From Macrostomum lignano (taxonomy: Eukaryota), in the NCBI GenBank assembly GCA_002269645.1, contig NIVC01000319.1, positions 434,001 through 498,000 of the forward strand: DNA of 64,000 nucleotides. Reading direction: 5' to 3'. The notes under the pieces are model-generated. The model was not told where the DNA came from, did not search any database, and saw only the letters and a list, made by a program, of their open reading frames with translations. The translations under genes were made by a program, and so were the position numbers. Positions 59,834 through 64,000 of this stretch are shown here, piece by piece (position 1 is the stretch's first letter; the number at the start of each line of letters is the position of its first letter).

Positions 59834-62732
59834 ATGTCTGACAGCGATGACCTTGTAATCCTGAGTCCGCCAACTGCCCGGAAAGGATTTCAAGGCCACC
59901 TGCTAATCAGCCCCGAGCGGGTCAAGAAGGAGCCAGCTGTGCAGATTGGCATGGTCAGGCCCTCCCTGTCAGCAGCATCCACTAGCAATATTAATACTCA
60001 GCCAGGTCTGTCAGTTCCTCTACTGAACTCTCAGTCTGCCTCCAGGACTTTGAGCATTCCTAGTTCGCGTGTTCCCGTTACTTCCAGGTGAGGAATTTAG
60101 TTTAACTGGGGGGTCACAGCATTCCAGGCCCACGGTGGGCTCATTAGAAGTACAATAAGTACTGTGTTATCCAAAGCCAACAACCCCCACTCCACCGCAG
60201 GCACCCCGCTATCGTATCGGCAGCAGCTGCAGGCGGCCCCAGGCTCAACCCGGCTCTGCAGACCCCCGGCCCAGGACTGTATTATCGCACTGTGAATCCT
60301 CGAGAGCAGCAGCTCGACTCGCAGCCTCATCAGCAGCAGCAAGCAGCCAAGAGCTCACTAATTCAACCCGGAATGCCTGGCCCTCCAACCGCTCAGCTTC
60401 CCGGCCAGCCGGCCAGTTCCTTCGTCATCAACAGCCAGTCTGGGGCGCCTCGTGTTGACCAGACCGCCCCTGTGCTGCTGGACTCCCGCCTGATCCTGTC
60501 TCACGTGTCCCCGCTGGAGAATCACGACTCGCACCAGCTGCTCAACCAGATCAAGTATCCGCACGAGCCCTCGGCCATTATCAAATGCATCGAGTGCTGC
60601 GACCAGTTCTACTTCCGGCACTGCTACCAGCATCACAGGTTTGCTCTTTATCTGGGAGATTTGAGTATGGTGGATTGCTAAGCTAGCCAATTTCAGATAA
60701 ATTAAAATCCAATGGATTGCTAACCTAGCCAATTTCAGATGAATTATAATCCAATGGATTGCTAACCTAGCCAATTTAAGATAAATTATAATCAAATCAA
60801 TGGATTGCTAACATAGCCAATTTCAGATAAATTAAAATCCAATGGATTGCTAACCTAGCCAATTTCAGATGAATTAAAATCCAATGGATTGCTAGTCTGT
60901 CCGTCCATTTAATGCCCTTTAATCCCTTTCCCTCGTCGCCAGGGAGCGCCAGGTGGTGTCCATCACCTACAACTGCGAGATCTGCAACCGCAAGCTGGCC
61001 TTCTACAACAAGTGCGCCCTGTTCGCCCACGTCCGCACGCACAAGCTGGGCTCCGTTGACCCCAGCAAGCTGACCATCTGCAGCCTACCGCTGCCCAAGC
61101 TCAAGACCCTGAGCGAGGTCAGCCTGAAGCAGGGAGTGTCCCAGCTGGAGCAGGCGCACGCCAAGTACCAGGAGGCGTTGAAGGCTCTCAACGCCTGCCT
61201 GCCGCCGGGCAGTCAGCAGCAACAGCAGCAGCTGCTGCAGCAGGTCGGCCAGCTCGGCGCCAACTTGAACCTGACCGGCGCCGGAGCGTCCACTGCGGCC
61301 GCCTCAGCGTCCGCCACTACGGCTTCTGCCCCCACCTCCACAGCTGCCGCTACCGCCGGGCTTCCCGGGACGTCGTCAGGCAGCGCCGTGGTGCCGATCA
61401 CCATCGACCTTGAAGAGGGCAGCGGCGCCGGTGGCGGCTCCGACTCCGCTGCCAACTCTGTTGCTGGCGATGTCGCTGCGACTGTCGCCACCGACATGAG
61501 CGCAGCTTCGACTGCCTCTGGGGCGGCCGGCCAAGAGGCCAAAGACTCCCGCCCGACTGCCGTTGTGGAGCCGGCTGTTCTCCAGGTTGGCGCGGGCTGA
61601 ATGATATGGGGGAAAGCGTGGTGGCGGTTCCTCCCTCATCACTCATTCCCTACTGCTCCCCTGTCCCGCAGTCCCACCCTCATCACTTATTTCCCACTGC
61701 TCCCCTGTCCCACAGTCCCACCCTCATCACTTATTTCCCACTGCTCCCCTGTCCCACAGTCCTAACCAGATCACTCATTCCCCACTGCTCCCCTGTCCCA
61801 CAGTCCCAACCAGATCACTCATTCCCCACTGCTCCCCTGTCCCACAGTCCCACCCAGATCACTTATTCCCCACTGCTCCCCTGTCCCACAGTCCCACCCA
61901 GATCACTCATTCCCCACTGCTCCCCTGTCCCGCAGTCCCACCCAGATCACTAATTCCCCACTGCTCCCCTGTCCCGCAGTCCCACCCAGATCACTCATTC
62001 CCCACTGCTCCCCTGTCCCACAGTCCCACCCAGATCACTAATTCCCTACTGCTCCCCTGTCCCGCAGTCCCACCCAGATCACTCATTCCCCACTGCTCCC
62101 CTGTCCCGCAGTCCCACCCAGATCACTTATTCCACTGCTCCCCTGTCCCGCAGTCCCAACCAGATCACTTATTCCCCACTGCTCCCCTGTCCCACAGTCG
62201 CTGGTCGTCTTCGGCCAAGGCGACGCCGCCCCGGCCGAAGCCGCGGCCTCCTCGGCTTCAACGATTCCTCGGCCGCGCCAGCAGCAAACCTGCGGAGTCT
62301 GCGGCGGCTCATTCGACAGTCTGGCCGTCCACCTGGGCGACAGCCTGAAGGAGTGCCCGCTGTGCAAGAAATTCGTGCCCGACAGCCGCTGCGCCCTCCG
62401 AGCCCACTTCCGGCTGCACTTGTCCGCCCCGGGCCCGTGTCCGGAGTGCGGCGAGGAGGTGGCCCCGGCCACCGCCACCCAGCTGGAGCGGGAGGTGGCC
62501 ATGCGGGTTCACCTGAGGTCGCAGTGCTTGCACCTGCAGCGCTCCAAGGTGTTCATCTGCCTGAAATGCGAGTACCCGCCCAGGGCTTTCTCAGCTCTGA
62601 GGCAGCTGGCTGACCACATCATTCACAGTCACACTGAGAAGTTCTTCAAGTGTACCGTGTGCACCCTGGCCTTCAGGCACACCAACCAGCTGGCTGCCCA
62701 CCTGGAGAAGGAGCACAACTCGCAGCTAACTG
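59834..62732 (+). CDS. C2H2 zinc-finger protein of the ZNF532/592/687 family, 3' incomplete. Exons 59834-60087, 60201-60638, 60943-61585, 62198-62732
   Basis: IKCIECCDQF..|RERQVVSITYNCEICNRKLAFYNKCALFAHVRTH resembles the family signature VTCNHC..LVFYNKCSLLSHAR. Further fingers CPLCKKFVPDSRCALRAHFRLH and CTVCTLAFRHTNQLAAHLEKEH. Phases are consistent; the donor at 62733 has no downstream exon in the window. Confidence 0.85.
60680..60895. repeat. Short tandem repeat, about 42-bp unit, in a ZNF intron
   Basis: ATCCAATGGATTGCTAACCTAGCCAATTTCAGATRAATTA repeated about 5 times. Confidence 0.85.
61625..62197. repeat. Minisatellite, about 44-bp unit containing a 3' splice-site sequence
   Basis: Tandem CCCACTGCTCCCCTGTCCC(A/G)CAGTCCCACCCAGATCACT(C/T/A)ATTC; the last unit supplies the acceptor at 62197. 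Confidence 0.9.
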
Positions 62733-62809
62733 GTATGCGGCTTCTTCTTTAGCGGCCGTTCCCCAGTACTGCCCCACTGGATATGGTCCTATGAGCATGT
62801 CCCATTGAC

Positions 62810-63390
62810 CCTATAGATATGTCCCCATTGATCCTTTAGATAAGATGTGTCCCCATTGATCCTTTAGATAAGATATGTCCCCATTGATCCTTTAGATAAG
62901 ATGTGTCCCCATTGATCCTTTAGATAAGATATGTCCCCATTGATCCTTTAGATAAGATATGTCCCCATTGATCCTTTAGATAAGATATGTCCCCATTGAT
63001 CCTTTAGATAAGATATGTCCCCATTGATCCTTTAGATAAGATATGTCCCCATTGATCCTTTAGATAAGATATGCCCCCATTGATCCTTTAGATAAGATAT
63101 GTCCCCATTGATCCTTTAGATAAGATATGTCCCCATTGATCCTTTAGATAAGATGTGTCCCCATTGATCCTTTAGATAAGATATGTCCCCATTGATCCTT
63201 TAGATAAGATATGTCCCCATTGATCCTTTAGATAAGATATGTCCCCATTGATCCTTTAGATAAGATATGTCCCCATTGATCCTTTAGATAAGATATGTCC
63301 CCATTGATCCTTTAGATAAGATGTGTCCCCATTGATCCTTTAGATAAGATATGTCCCAATTGATCCTTTAGATAAGATGTGTCCCCATTG
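62810..63390. repeat. Minisatellite, 28-bp unit
   Basis: Tandem CCATTGATCCTTTAGATAAGATATGTCC. Confidence 0.93.
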
Positions 63391-63399
63391 ATCTTCAGG

Positions 63400-64000
63400 T
63401 CCCTTGTTCTTGTCCTATGTACATCCCTCGGTCTTATGGACATGCCACCTCAGTCCTATGTACATGTCCCCTCGGTCCTATGGACATGCCACCTCGGTCC
63501 TATGGACATGCCACCTCGGTCCTATGGACATGTCCCTCTCGGTCCTATGGACATGTCCCTCTCGGTCCTATGGACATGTCCCCTTGGTCCTATGGACATG
63601 CCCCCTTGGTCCTATGGACATGCCCCCTTGGTCCTATGTACATGCCCCCTTGGTCCTATGGACATGCCCCATACATGCGCAACAGTCGGCCGAGTCGGCC
63701 GATCTGGCCGACCGATTTGGCAGCCAACCAAGGAAGTCGCAAAAATACCCACCTGAAAAATTACCCAAGTAGTAGTATTAAGTAGCTGACGAGACATTTT
63801 GGCTCAATAAGACAGTCATAGTTACTCCTGCCGTTTACCCAAAGTTGCGTTAATTTTGCTTTAGGGTTTTTTACATGTAAGTTGCATTTTTGGCCAAAAA
63901 CTACGTCGCATTTTTGTTAAAACTAAGTCGCATGGCCGACCGAATTTTGGAGGTTGCGCCTGTATGACATGCCCCCTTGGTCCTATGGACATGTCCCCTT
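63400..64000. repeat. Minisatellite, about 22-bp unit, interrupted by a MITE
   Basis: Tandem GTCCTATGGACATGCCCCCTTG. Confidence 0.88.
63670..63966. mobile_element. hAT-type MITE, copy 4
   Basis: Same TIR family; perfect TSD ACATGCCC. Confidence 0.9.

Overview
Animal (metazoan) genomic DNA with GC-rich exons, short or repeat-bloated GT-AG introns, and many minisatellites and transposons. The architecture resembles a flatworm such as Macrostomum, but that is inference only. Seven protein-coding genes were reconstructed by hand with consistent splice phases: (1) a divergent Gs-class G-protein alpha subunit (+, 1943-9885, first exon not found); (2) a DEG/ENaC channel nested antisense in one of its introns (-, 4568-6427); (3) a Tectonic-family ciliary gene (+, 26159-29857); (4) a 12-exon atypical O2-binding-type soluble guanylyl cyclase (-, 31437-40910); (5) a 2-Cys peroxiredoxin homologue that lacks the peroxidatic cysteine (-, 41566-44379); (6) RPL19 (-, 47493-53631); (7) the 5' part of a ZNF532/592/687-like zinc-finger gene (+, from 59834). 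The 12.4-25.2 kb region is a transposon graveyard (Ty3/Gypsy, Polinton PolB, Ngaro/DIRS). The 49-58 kb region holds nested DNA elements with readable TSDs. The best candidate for an undescribed system is the catalytically dead peroxiredoxin lying 655 bp upstream of, and co-oriented with, the O2-type guanylyl cyclase. Most long ORFs in the supplied track are artefacts of tandem repeats.
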